Positions 19,677 through 29,526 are shown, counted from the first letter of the stretch. The stretch: DNA of 64,000 bases from an uncultured Candidatus Saccharibacteria bacterium (GCA_964642155.1 CAZXNT010000001.1:65238-129237), one strand, 5' to 3'. Made by a program: numbers and translations. The notes: generated from the sequence alone by a model not told the origin.

Positions 19677-19922
19677 TTAATTAAATGTCATTACTCTCCT
19701 GTCTCCTGTAAAAACATTGTTAAAAGAAAAATTTTCAAATGTGGCGGTATTTAATTCTTTCCCAAATTTTTCTTTAGCCCCTATTATCTCAAGATAAAGC
19801 GGCTTTCCGCTTTTATCTAAATCCAAAAACATCTCCTTCGCGACTTCAAGAGTTCTAAAAACCTTGCCCTTTTTAAATGTGATATTTACGGCGTCAACTG
19901 CCGCATCATAGGTTATTTTCAT
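19677..19922 (-). CDS. DUF2283-family putative antitoxin
   Basis: MKITYDAAVDAVNITF...YLEIIGA matches the DUF2283 signature (M.I.YD.E.DALYI...GIEI). Overlaps the upstream gene by 4 bp. Confidence 0.6.
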   Translation of the reverse strand: MKITYDAAVDAVNITFKKGKVFRTLEVAKEMFLDLDKSGKPLYLEIIGAKEKFGKELNTATFENFSFNNVFTGDRRVMTFN

Positions 19923-20155
19923 ATTTTTTTATTGAATTTTTCATCCCAATATTGAGTTATTATGACAATTATATCGTTTTCTTTAATAAAAACAACTTTT
20001 AAATATAATTTCCCGAATTTTTTATAAGCTATTTTTCTGTTTGATAAACTTGGAGAAATTATATCAGGATTTTTAATGGTTTGAATAATTTTTTGTTTTA
20101 ATATGCTCCTTTGCTTTAATTTTAATAAAGAATGTGTGCTAAAAATAATTTTCAT
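19919..20155 (-). CDS. DUF4258-family putative toxin (BECR-fold RNase-like)
   Basis: Pattern H..L..R.I....I..T..NPD.I ... YLKVVF....IIVIITQYW typical of DUF4258. Paired with DUF2283. Confidence 0.55.
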   Translation of the reverse strand: MKIIFSTHSLLKLKQRSILKQKIIQTIKNPDIISPSLSNRKIAYKKFGKLYLKVVFIKENDIIVIITQYWDEKFNKKI

Positions 20156-20171
20156 ATTTTAAAATTTAACT

Positions 20172-21176
20172 TTACAAATTCTCCGCCGCTTTCAAAACGT
20201 GCTTTTTCAGCATTGCCACATATCCCCATTCGTTATCGTACCAGGAAAGAATTTTCACCAAATTGCCGTCGATTACTTTGGTAAATTTTAAATCAACGAT
20301 CGCTCCGTACGATTCAGAAATAATATCCGAAGAAACAATCTGGTCTTCAACGGTTTTTAAAATTCCCTGCCATTTTTGAGATCCTGTGGCTTTTTTCAAA
20401 ATATCATTAATTTCTTCAACCGAAGTTTTTCTTTTGGAAATAAAAGTGATGTCCGCGATGGAACCGGTAATCATAGGCACGCGCAAAGCAATGCCGTCAA
20501 ATTTTCCTTCCAAGTCTTTAATGATGCGATTGGTAGCAATGGCCGCGCCGGTAGTTGAAGGAATAATATTTTGCGAAGCGGCCCGGCCGCGCCGAAAATC
20601 GTTGCCCTTCACCGGACTGTCAACGGTTGTTTGAGTATTAGTCATTGCGTGAATAGTGTTTAAAACTGCTTTTTCAATTCCCGGATTTTCATTTAAAATC
20701 GCCATAACCGAAGCAATGCCGTTAGTGGTGCAGGAAGCGTTGGAAGAAATTTTAACGGATTTCAATTCATCGTCATTTATGCCGATTAAAATCGTCTTGC
20801 CCAAATCGCCGTCTGCGTCTTTTGCCGGCGCGGTCAAAACAACTCTTTTGGCTCCGGCGTCCAAATGCGCCTTGGCTTTTTCATAAGATTCAAAAACTCC
20901 CGTTGATTCAACGACAATATCCACGCCCAAATCTTTCCACGGTAATTTTGTCGGGTCTTTTTCCTGTAAAAATTTTATATTGTCAATCGGAGTTTCAAAA
21001 CGCCCGTAAACCGAATCGTACTTAAATAAATAACGCAGATTTTCAACGTCGCCCAAATCATTTATCGCGACAATTTCAATCCGCTGGCTAACGGATGGGT
21101 CGCTTAATATCTGCCTAAGGAATAATCGCCCAATCCTTCCAAAACCGTTTATCGCTATTTTAATTTTTTTATCCAT
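20172..21176 (-). CDS. gap: type I glyceraldehyde-3-phosphate dehydrogenase
   Basis: KIAINGFGRIGRLFLRQ and SNASCTTNGIASV active-site motifs. Confidence 0.9.
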   Translation of the reverse strand: MDKKIKIAINGFGRIGRLFLRQILSDPSVSQRIEIVAINDLGDVENLRYLFKYDSVYGRFETPIDNIKFLQEKDPTKLPWKDLGVDIVVESTGVFESYEKAKAHLDAGAKRVVLTAPAKDADGDLGKTILIGINDDELKSVKISSNASCTTNGIASVMAILNENPGIEKAVLNTIHAMTNTQTTVDSPVKGNDFRRGRAASQNIIPSTTGAAIATNRIIKDLEGKFDGIALRVPMITGSIADITFISKRKTSVEEINDILKKATGSQKWQGILKTVEDQIVSSDIISESYGAIVDLKFTKVIDGNLVKILSWYDNEWGYVAMLKKHVLKAAENL

Positions 21177-21257
21177 CTATTAATTTTAAACCTTTAAACT
21201 TTTAGATTTCACGCTTCTATTATAAATCCGTTTTTCTGAATAGCAATACTTTTATCA

Positions 21258-21725
21258 TCACTGATTTCCGTATTCAAGATTTCTTATTTTTTCAATCCGC
21301 CTTTTATATCTTTCTCCTCCGGAAAAAGGCGTGGACAGCCAGACACTAATGATTTTCTTGGCAATTTCTTCGCTTGTGAATTCCGCTGCCAAAGACAAAA
21401 CATTCGTATCATCATCCTTGCGGCTCAAATACGCCTGGTCCGGATTGGCGGCCAAAACCGAACGAATATCTTTAAACTTGTTTGCCGTAATATCAACGCC
21501 CGCGCCCGAACCGCAAATTAAAATTCCGCGTCGCGTAAACATATCCTGTGCCACTTGCCTCGCAACCAAAACCGCGAAATCCGGATAATCGTCGTTTTCA
21601 TCGTACTTGTCATTGCCGACATCAATTACTTCATAGCCCCGCTCTTTTAAAAATTTTTTTAAGGCGTCTTTTAATTGAAAACCTTGATGGTCTGCGCCGA
21701 TATAGATAAGCATAAATTTAGCCAC
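21258..21725 (-). CDS. rpiB: ribose-5-phosphate isomerase B
   Basis: IGADHQG and GILICGSGAGVDITANK motifs. Confidence 0.85.
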   Translation of the reverse strand: MAKFMLIYIGADHQGFQLKDALKKFLKERGYEVIDVGNDKYDENDDYPDFAVLVARQVAQDMFTRRGILICGSGAGVDITANKFKDIRSVLAANPDQAYLSRKDDDTNVLSLAAEFTSEEIAKKIISVWLSTPFSGGERYKRRIEKIRNLEYGNQ

Positions 21726-21766
21726 TAGGGTTTAACCAATAACCACTAGTGATTTTTTAATTATAA

Positions 21767-22240
21767 TCAAAAATTTACAAAATGAAATGCCACTATACCG
21801 AATGCCACGGCAACATTTAAAGATTCTTTCCTACCTTTCATCGGAATTTCCAGAATTTTATCGGCTTTTTTCAGGATTGACAACGGCAAGCCCTTAACTT
21901 CATTGCCCAACACCAAAGCAATCTTACGAGACTTAGTCTCATAAGATTTAATTTTATAATACGGAATTGATTTTTTACTTTGCTCAACAGCAAAAATTTT
22001 ATAACCGTCCTTTTTAAGTCGGTCAATTAAACGGGCTGTGGATTTAAAATGTTCCCACCCTACGTATTTCTCCGCGCCAAGTGAAACCTTTACCAATTGT
22101 TCGCGCGATCTGCCGAATTCATCAACCGGTTTCGGCGTAATGCCGCATAAATATATTTTTTTAATTCCAACGGCATCGGCGGTGCGAAATATGGAACCGA
22201 CGTTATAAAGAGAACGGATATTGTGGAGAATAAGAATCAT
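21767..22240 (-). CDS. SpoU/TrmH-family RNA 2'-O-methyltransferase
   Basis: SPOUT motifs NVGSIFRTADAVG, LVLGNEVKGL, IPMKG. Confidence 0.75.
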   Translation of the reverse strand: MILILHNIRSLYNVGSIFRTADAVGIKKIYLCGITPKPVDEFGRSREQLVKVSLGAEKYVGWEHFKSTARLIDRLKKDGYKIFAVEQSKKSIPYYKIKSYETKSRKIALVLGNEVKGLPLSILKKADKILEIPMKGRKESLNVAVAFGIVAFHFVNF

Positions 22241-25200
22241 CTTAATGATATTGGTGAAGTAATAATAAAATACAAATCTTTTTCGCCATTATAAGGAACA
22301 TAACTGTCACTATCCCAATAAACAAAATGGCCATTAATCCATGCGTCATTCTCGGAATACCCTAATTTCCAATTTTGTCCGGAACCTCTAAATACAAAAT
22401 TAAAATAATACCATTTCGAAGCGGCGAGAGTGATACGCGGAAAACTGAAAGTATTGATTCCGGTTGTTAAATCAGACGTTGTAAATGAATGATTTACCAA
22501 AGATGAACAATTAACATAATTAACGTCGCATTCATAAAAATAAAAATTGTGATTGTCCTGCTGGCCAATATCTTTCATATAAATACTTAAAGAATTAATT
22601 CCGCCGCTTAAATTATTCCCCAAAAATTGCCGATAATAAGAATACTGTGCTTGTGTCGTATTTATATAATCTATTTGTTGAGCGAATATAAATCTTTCAT
22701 TTAAAGAATACGGTATATTTATTTCTTTGCTAAAACTGGCAAGCGATTCATTTCCTGATTGGTCAATAGCCACAATAGAAAATTTATAATTGCGTCCAAC
22801 TTCATTAATTGCAATTGTTGTTGAGGTCGCGGAAGTGATTATTTCCGGTAAAACCAAAGTTGAGCTAGAAACCAAAGAACTGATATCAGTAATTCTATAA
22901 GTCGGGGCCGATGAAGAAGCGTTAAAATATCTCGGCTTATCCCAATTTAAAGAAAATGCTAATGTACTGGTTGAATAATTCGCTTCAAAATTTTGCGCCA
23001 CTGATTGAGAAATACTCGCAGGAAGTTCAATCGGCGATTGTGGCGAGCCGGTTTTTATTAAAAAATATAAATCTTTTATTCCCGCGTCAATGTACGCGCT
23101 ATTATTATCATATTTTGTCGCTTTCCCGTAGATATAAGAAGAGCTGTTGTTTGAGCCGTAAAAATAAGAATAATTTTGATAAATTTCAAATTTGAGTTTG
23201 TAGTATTTTGACGGGTCGAAAGTGAATGATTGCTGAATGGGAATCGTATAATCTTTATCAATATTAAATTCAAAATTTAAATTTGGACAATCGCTTCCGT
23301 AAATACTGCCATTGGCATAGGTGGCGCCGGGATTATCGCGAGTGCAGGTATTTGAAGAAATTTTTATAAGATTGCTATAATCTGATTCATTAGATTGCCA
23401 AAAAGTCGCGTTAATATAATAAGTTTCTATCCAATATCCGGAGGAAGGCAGTTTTGCATGAAAAGTTATGCTTTGGGGCGATCCCAATAAACCATTGCCA
23501 AGATCTTGATCAAAATGGCCGTTGCCATCGCCTTGATCAAAAACGAATTTATCAAGCTGTTGAGCAATAATTAAAGTTGAATTTGGAATTGAGATTTCTT
23601 TTTGACTTGATGTTGAATTAAAATTTTCTTTGTCAAAAGCTTGAATTGAAAATAAATAAGTTTTACCGAAATTATTTTCATTAAGTGAAATTATGGCCGC
23701 TGTTGAAGTCGTATTAATTTCCGCAAAAGTCGAACTACTATTACTAATATCGCTAATTTTGTAAATTATCGTTGAAGTGGCGCCGAAATAATCCTGCGAT
23801 ACATTCCAATTAAAATTTAATTCCATCGTGCTGGAACTGTATTGAATTGAAAAATTTTGCGGCGTTATCGGAGCGTTGCGCGGCTCAGGAAAATTTTGTG
23901 AATTTTGCGGCTCCGCTGAATTTCTTAAAATAAAATCATCCGCACTATCAGTATCATAACCATTACCGGAAAATCTATGCTCGCCGGAAACCATTAAATC
24001 AACAGTTGAGGTTGAAAACGCTTTTCGCTCCAATGATTGACCGTCTATAAAATTAACCGGATTATAATTTGCTTGGTCAATAATCGCATCATTCTCAAAC
24101 AATAAAATGCTTATGGTTTCACTGCCGCTGGTGGAAAGAGAATATGAACGATTTAATTTATCGGCGATCGCATATGTGCTACTGCCATAATTGCTTAAGC
24201 CAACCAGAAAAAAACTTTTTGCGGCAATTATCTGGCTAGATGAAAAACTGGAAAGTGAATTTGTGCTCGTGGCTGACCCTGTTTGTCTTTTTAAAGAATA
24301 ATTGCCGAGTTCAATTGAAGAATCTGTCGGATTATATAATTCCACAAAATCAAAATTATTTCCTGTTTTATCGGGATAAATTTCGCTGATAACAATATGA
24401 TTGACGCCTGCCGGTGCCAAAGAATTAATTAAAATAGTGGTTGAAGTGGCGGTTGACGAAGCGTTTTGATTGTCAAAAACAATTAAATCGACTTGGTAAT
24501 TGCCGGCTTGAGAATAAATGTGAGTAGTAGTAGCGGTTGTTGCCGAAGAAGTCGCATTATCGCCAAAATTCCATTGATAGGAAATAATTTGACCGTCAAT
24601 GTCAGTTGAAGAAGCGGCGTTAAATAAAATTAAATCGCCAACTTGAGGATTTAAAGAAGTATAAATAAAAGAGGCGACAGGACTTTGATTGTTTTGCAAA
24701 CAAGTTCTGAATTGTGTTTTCGGACTCGGACAAGTCTGAATTTCAAAATCTTGCGCATTATTATCTATATCAATAAAATCTCCACTTTGAAATTTTCTTT
24801 GAATACTTTGACCGTCCGCGGAATTTGTCGGAAAAACCGAGTTTTCAATAAAAATATTTTCCGCTTCGCCCCACGCAACGCTGTCAATAATCTGTCCCGT
24901 GTCATTCGCGCCGTAACGAATGGCAATGCCATTATTATTGCTAATTGTCTGCGTAGTGGTTGAATTCGAAACAACAGACATGTCACTACAATCGCTGTTT
25001 GCCCATAAATAATAACTATTGGCCGGAATAGAATCGCCACTCGTCCATGATTTAATTAAAGTGTCGCTTGCTCCAGTTTGAGTTCTTTTAACTAAACGGT
25101 AATTTTGAAGATTAATTACAGCGCTGTTTGGATTATAAATTTCTATAAAATCATCGTGCGTGCTTGACGCTGAAGCCAATTGAATTTCGGTAATTAAAAT

Positions 25201-26754
25201 TTTCAACGGCTCCGCACTTGTTTGCATATTATTCTGCGTATTACTGTTGCTTCCTCCACTGCTGCCACCGCTACTATTTACACTCGCGTTTCCGCTTCCG
25301 CTTCCGCCGGTATATCTAAAAACAATGGTGTTTGTTTGACCGCTTGTTTGATTACTTTGCTCATTGACGTTAATTACAATTTCTTCTTGTTGTTTCTCCT
25401 GATTTTTTATTTCTTCTTTTTTAATTCCTTCTTCATATAACAAATCACTGCCGATCGGCAGTAAACTGTTATAGTCTAAAATTTCATTTTTGATTTCTGT
25501 TGAATTATTGGTTTCTATTATTGAAGAAGTGGCTGTTTCATCAGAATTCGCATTATCAATAGCATTATCCAATAAAGAAATTTGTTGCGGCTGTTGCGAT
25601 TGATTAATCCCCAATAAATTGCCGATTGTTGATTTGACTTGGCTAAAAAGATTTTTTGCAGTTTCAATCGTTTTTGTTAAAAATGATTTATCTTCAATTT
25701 TTGTAAAATTCGGATCATTTTTCGCTTTTTCAACTTCTTGAAAGAAAAGATTAATAACTCCGGCGCCATATTGAACAGATTTAGTGGAAAGACGAGACCA
25801 GTAATCATTCACCACTCTATCTTCATCTTCTATTTTTAAAACAATATTAGATTTTGTTTCTGATATAAAACTATTGTGATAATTTTTATAAACAAATAAA
25901 TAATATAAATTATTATCTTCGTCGTATTTTGCCGCATAATAATAATCTCCATCTTTTTTCAACAATCCTTCTGTATTTGGCTGCGGCAACTCATATCCAC
26001 TCTGTATTCCAATCGTATCTTTGCTATAAAAATTATTATTTGAATATTTCGCCAACCCGTCAAAATAAGAATTTAAATCGGAAAAAATAAATGGGGGCTT
26101 ATTTGACAATCTTTTATTTAAATCAGCGTCGGGGTTAGAAAGAATAAATTTAGCGGTGTAATTTTCATAAGGACTATCTTCGGGATGTGGATCGTTCCTT
26201 GTGTGATCTGGAACAGATGCATCCTCAACTAAATGTAAAATGTGCCCCAAGATAAGCATTGCTTTTTCTTTCTCGCCTTGCGCATAAAATTTAACAGCTC
26301 TTTCCCAAATAAAATCAGTTTCCGTTGTTAAAGCGCTGATTTTTTTCTGCTGAATTGCCGTTAAAACTGAAGCAATTGTTGTTGGAACTTTATAAGTTAA
26401 GCTGTTTTGATTATAGCTATCTTGCGCCCAATCTTTAGATTTTTGCCAAGTGCCTAGATTAATCATGGGATCTATTGCCGGATCGTACGTTAATCCTCTA
26501 TTTTTTACTGGATCATAAAAATGATTCATCCAGCGCGGAATATCATCTTCTTGACGAACTCCATCTAAAAGATATGGAACTAATTCTTCATTGATTTTAT
26601 TATCTGAAAATTTTTGATTATAAAATTTAACAGCCTCATTGGTTAAATAAGCATGAGTTTCAATGCCATAAGCAAAAACATTATTAATACTAATAACAAA
26701 AAATCCTAATATAAAAATTGGGATTAAAAATTTTATATACTTTCTATTTTCCAT
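22237..26754 (-). CDS. giant secreted multidomain protein: Zn-dependent PLC/P1-nuclease-like N-domain, two lamin-tail domains, PKD domain, FN3-like repeats
   Basis: Signal peptide. HILHLVEDASVPDHTRND and YGIETHAYLTNEAV match PLC/S1-P1 zinc-site signatures. Lamin-tail-domain segments around FIEIYNPNS and FVELYNPTD. PKD signature WNFGDN...THIY. Confidence 0.6.
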   Translation of the reverse strand: MENRKYIKFLIPIFILGFFVISINNVFAYGIETHAYLTNEAVKFYNQKFSDNKINEELVPYLLDGVRQEDDIPRWMNHFYDPVKNRGLTYDPAIDPMINLGTWQKSKDWAQDSYNQNSLTYKVPTTIASVLTAIQQKKISALTTETDFIWERAVKFYAQGEKEKAMLILGHILHLVEDASVPDHTRNDPHPEDSPYENYTAKFILSNPDADLNKRLSNKPPFIFSDLNSYFDGLAKYSNNNFYSKDTIGIQSGYELPQPNTEGLLKKDGDYYYAAKYDEDNNLYYLFVYKNYHNSFISETKSNIVLKIEDEDRVVNDYWSRLSTKSVQYGAGVINLFFQEVEKAKNDPNFTKIEDKSFLTKTIETAKNLFSQVKSTIGNLLGINQSQQPQQISLLDNAIDNANSDETATSSIIETNNSTEIKNEILDYNSLLPIGSDLLYEEGIKKEEIKNQEKQQEEIVINVNEQSNQTSGQTNTIVFRYTGGSGSGNASVNSSGGSSGGSNSNTQNNMQTSAEPLKILITEIQLASASSTHDDFIEIYNPNSAVINLQNYRLVKRTQTGASDTLIKSWTSGDSIPANSYYLWANSDCSDMSVVSNSTTTQTISNNNGIAIRYGANDTGQIIDSVAWGEAENIFIENSVFPTNSADGQSIQRKFQSGDFIDIDNNAQDFEIQTCPSPKTQFRTCLQNNQSPVASFIYTSLNPQVGDLILFNAASSTDIDGQIISYQWNFGDNATSSATTATTTHIYSQAGNYQVDLIVFDNQNASSTATSTTILINSLAPAGVNHIVISEIYPDKTGNNFDFVELYNPTDSSIELGNYSLKRQTGSATSTNSLSSFSSSQIIAAKSFFLVGLSNYGSSTYAIADKLNRSYSLSTSGSETISILLFENDAIIDQANYNPVNFIDGQSLERKAFSTSTVDLMVSGEHRFSGNGYDTDSADDFILRNSAEPQNSQNFPEPRNAPITPQNFSIQYSSSTMELNFNWNVSQDYFGATSTIIYKISDISNSSSTFAEINTTSTAAIISLNENNFGKTYLFSIQAFDKENFNSTSSQKEISIPNSTLIIAQQLDKFVFDQGDGNGHFDQDLGNGLLGSPQSITFHAKLPSSGYWIETYYINATFWQSNESDYSNLIKISSNTCTRDNPGATYANGSIYGSDCPNLNFEFNIDKDYTIPIQQSFTFDPSKYYKLKFEIYQNYSYFYGSNNSSSYIYGKATKYDNNSAYIDAGIKDLYFLIKTGSPQSPIELPASISQSVAQNFEANYSTSTLAFSLNWDKPRYFNASSSAPTYRITDISSLVSSSTLVLPEIITSATSTTIAINEVGRNYKFSIVAIDQSGNESLASFSKEINIPYSLNERFIFAQQIDYINTTQAQYSYYRQFLGNNLSGGINSLSIYMKDIGQQDNHNFYFYECDVNYVNCSSLVNHSFTTSDLTTGINTFSFPRITLAASKWYYFNFVFRGSGQNWKLGYSENDAWINGHFVYWDSDSYVPYNGEKDLYFIITSPISLR

Positions 26755-27266
26755 ATTTTAGAATTTTTATTTAATTTTATTTCTATTAATAAATCAATTT
26801 CTCCATTTGAATTGTAAAGTTTAAATAAAGCCCCGTCATCATCTTTAAATGTTAATTTAATTAACGATAATTTAGATATCATCTCTTCTAATCTATTATT
26901 TGTTTTTAATTTCTCTAATCCTTCCTTCAATTTTGGGTCAACGCTCCCGTCGCTTCTTAACACAAAATATTTACTCGCCAACTCAATATCTTCTTTCTTT
27001 AACGCCTCAATAAACATTTGCAAAGTTTCTTCCGGAGTTTTACCGCCATAAATATCTTCTTCCATCGCTTTATTATAATTTTTTTCCCAAGTAAGATATT
27101 TTTCATAATTTTTCTGCGTTTCGCGTTGATATTTTGCCTGCGGACTTAAATATTTCCCCCATAACAAAAAACCTCCAATCGTAAAGATAATAATTCCTAA
27201 AAAACCTATTACAAATTTTCGGAAATTCAACTTATTTTTAAATTCATTATTAATTTGATTATTCAT
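26733..27266 (-). CDS. small membrane-anchored protein, paralog of 27833..28366
   Basis: N-terminal TM. Shared block YGGKTPEETLQMFIEAL...ELASKYF and C-terminal IWKIESI. Confidence 0.5.
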   Translation of the reverse strand: MNNQINNEFKNKLNFRKFVIGFLGIIIFTIGGFLLWGKYLSPQAKYQRETQKNYEKYLTWEKNYNKAMEEDIYGGKTPEETLQMFIEALKKEDIELASKYFVLRSDGSVDPKLKEGLEKLKTNNRLEEMISKLSLIKLTFKDDDGALFKLYNSNGEIDLLIEIKLNKNSKIWKIESI

Positions 27267-27280
27267 ATGATTTATTAAAT

Positions 27281-27817
27281 TTAATTATTTATTATATTAC
27301 TTTTATTAAAAGATGATTTTCTTTGTCTCATTCTTAATGTCGCAATAATAAAAACAAGAATTAGTTCAAAAAATGATGATGTTATTATATAAAAATTTAA
27401 AATGTTTTCTAAAATTTTAATTTCATAATCAGAATAAGAAAAAATTAAGATGTGAATAAATGGGAATATAAAAAGGGTTGCTATGATAATTAATATTGGT
27501 AAAACAAAAAAATTAAATTTATTAGATAAAATTTTTGACATCCATTTAATAATTAAAGCTGGCAATCCTATAAATAATATTAACATTATAATATATTGAG
27601 GGCTGAAATTTAAATTAAAAATATTTTTAAAGAAATTTTTGAGTATATTTAATCGTGTTTCATTTTCTAAATTTGGAAATATTATAATAAGTAATAAATT
27701 ATATAAAAATATAATAAATATAAAAAATAACAAATTAGTTAAAATAATTTTAAATTTCCAAAACTTGCTCTTCGGCTTATTATTCTTATTTAAAGAAATT
27801 AGTATTTTTTTGAACAT
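27281..27817 (-). CDS. polytopic membrane protein sharing an N-terminal motif with both flanking genes
   Basis: N-terminal KPKSKFWKFKIIL compares with KPKGKFWKFTLIF in the upstream paralog. Four or five TM helices. Confidence 0.45.
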   Translation of the reverse strand: MFKKILISLNKNNKPKSKFWKFKIILTNLLFFIFIIFLYNLLLIIIFPNLENETRLNILKNFFKNIFNLNFSPQYIIMLILFIGLPALIIKWMSKILSNKFNFFVLPILIIIATLFIFPFIHILIFSYSDYEIKILENILNFYIITSSFFELILVFIIATLRMRQRKSSFNKSNIINN

Positions 27818-27832
27818 AATTTTAATTACTAA

Positions 27833-28366
27833 TTATATTTCTATTATTTTCCAAATATTATTAGGATAAAGACCTATTCTAATATAAATTGGCTCGTCAA
27901 TAAAAAATTCTTTTCTACCAGGAATATCATCTGATGAAAAATATCCATTTGTAGATTTTTTAAGTAAACTAAGATATTTATCTATAAATTCTTTTGTCAC
28001 TTTATTTAATTTTTCCAATTCTTTTTCCTGATATTTCTCTATAAAATATTTACTCGCCAATTCGTAATTTCCTGTTTCAACGGCGCTTATGTACATTTGC
28101 AAAGTTTCCTGCGGAATTCTACCGCCATAAGTGTCCGCCATGGCTTTTTGATAATCTTCTTGTTTAATTCTTTCCAATCTTCCAGCTAATTCTTCAACCG
28201 CTTTTTCTCCCTGCCATTGCCTAAAAAAATACCAACACCAAGAACTGGCGATATACAAAACAAAAACACCGGCGATTATCGTGAAGAATATCAATGTGAA
28301 CTTCCAAAATTTGCCTTTCGGCTTATTAATTTCGTTTATTTGATTGTTTTGATTTTGATTTTCCAT
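27833..28366 (-). CDS. small membrane-anchored protein, paralog of 26733..27266
   Basis: Same architecture. Its start codon abuts the terminal inverted repeat of MITE copy 1. Confidence 0.5.
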   Translation of the reverse strand: MENQNQNNQINEINKPKGKFWKFTLIFFTIIAGVFVLYIASSWCWYFFRQWQGEKAVEELAGRLERIKQEDYQKAMADTYGGRIPQETLQMYISAVETGNYELASKYFIEKYQEKELEKLNKVTKEFIDKYLSLLKKSTNGYFSSDDIPGRKEFFIDEPIYIRIGLYPNNIWKIIEI

Positions 28367-28513
28367 CCCTCACCCTTCAAAGATTTTCCAGTACATAAAG
28401 CTTTTTATGTACTGGATTATATTGAAGTTTAATTTTATTTTATATCTCATTCATTTTACTTATCATTCCCCTTTACCACTTTCTTTATTTCTTATCTTTG
28501 AAGGGTGAGGGAT
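28365..28513. mobile_element. MITE-like element copy 1 (20-bp terminal inverted repeats ATCCCTCACCCTTCAAAGAT / ATCTTTGAAGGGTGAGGGAT)
   Basis: Termini are identical to the copies at about 50081-50223 and 55438-55584. The interior is AT-rich with a hairpin. Confidence 0.6.
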
Positions 28514-28649
28514 TTTCAAAATAAAAAGGACGTATTCCAAAAAACACGCCCCCTCACTCAGGCATAATTAAATTATAAATCGCCACATTTTTCCGTCAAC
28601 CACTCTCTCTGTGGATAACTTATTTATCTAATACATTAAACTCTAAATA

Positions 28650-29522
28650 CTACTTACAAAGACAGAGAAATGGATGAGCGCAGTCATATACATAAGTTGT
28701 ACCACATCCAACATTTAATACAGCATTACTCTCGCCAAAATATAATGTAGCTTCGCATGTTTTTCCAATTTGAGAACATTTAGTGGCGCAACTTACATCG
28801 CGACAAGTCCATTCTGAAAAAAGAGCTCCTCCGCCTGCTGTGGTTTGTGTCGTGTTATCTGGAAATTTGAAACCGCCAGCGGTACTGTGAATTGTGCCGG
28901 CAACTTCTAATTTGCTATTTGGTATAGTCGTACCGATGCCGACGTTGCCGTTTTCTAAAATTGTTAGGGTTTTAGTAGTCACAACACTGCTTACATATCT
29001 AGTAATATCAAAATCTCCAGAAGTGCCGCTTGATCCCATCTTCCAGCCGTGGATACCTCCAGCGCCGTTATTTTGCGCAAGAAAAATCTGATTCTTAGTG
29101 CCAAGAGAAGATTCTACAATTTCTAACTTATATGCAGGCGCCGTCGTCCCAATACCGACGTTGCCATTTTTTATGGTCAAAACATCTGAGTTATTATTAT
29201 TGATGATTAAGGCGGAATCGGTGCCGAGTTTGAATAAAGTGGAAGTGGCTGATTGTCTGGATAATTTAAGCACAGAATCGGAAGAAGTGGAGTAGATTTC
29301 CATTTTAGCGCCGGGATATAAGGTACCGATACCGATATTATTGCTGGAATCGGAATATAAGGTCTGGCCAGCTGGATTGGGAGGAATAGTAGTAGGGGCA
29401 TTCCAACTAAAAACTAATTTAATAATAATTGTGATTAAGAAAAGAGCGGCGAAAAATAAAGATGAATAAAAGAAGGGTTTTTGGTGATTTTTTTTGAAAA
29501 ATAAAATAACAGCCCGCGCCAA
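28650..29522 (-). CDS. secreted repeat protein with tail-fibre-like GNVGIGTT.P..KLEV repeats and a Cys-rich C-terminus
   Basis: Hydrophobic N-terminus. Three repeats NVGIGTTAPAYKLEI / NVGIGTTIPNSKLEV. The start is read as TTG directly after the (CT)n tract. Confidence 0.5.
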   Translation of the reverse strand: MARAVILFFKKNHQKPFFYSSLFFAALFLITIIIKLVFSWNAPTTIPPNPAGQTLYSDSSNNIGIGTLYPGAKMEIYSTSSDSVLKLSRQSATSTLFKLGTDSALIINNNNSDVLTIKNGNVGIGTTAPAYKLEIVESSLGTKNQIFLAQNNGAGGIHGWKMGSSGTSGDFDITRYVSSVVTTKTLTILENGNVGIGTTIPNSKLEVAGTIHSTAGGFKFPDNTTQTTAGGGALFSEWTCRDVSCATKCSQIGKTCEATLYFGESNAVLNVGCGTTYVYDCAHPFLCLCK

Positions 29523-29526
29523 TTTA

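Noticed and set aside
28609-28617. Perfect DnaA-box sequences (TGTGGATAA) here and at 62531-62539, as a possible replication origin
   Set aside because: They are single isolated boxes within a shared 12-mer (CTGTGGATAACT) downstream of two secreted-protein genes. There is no cluster of boxes, no AT-rich unwinding element, and no dnaA or dnaN nearby.
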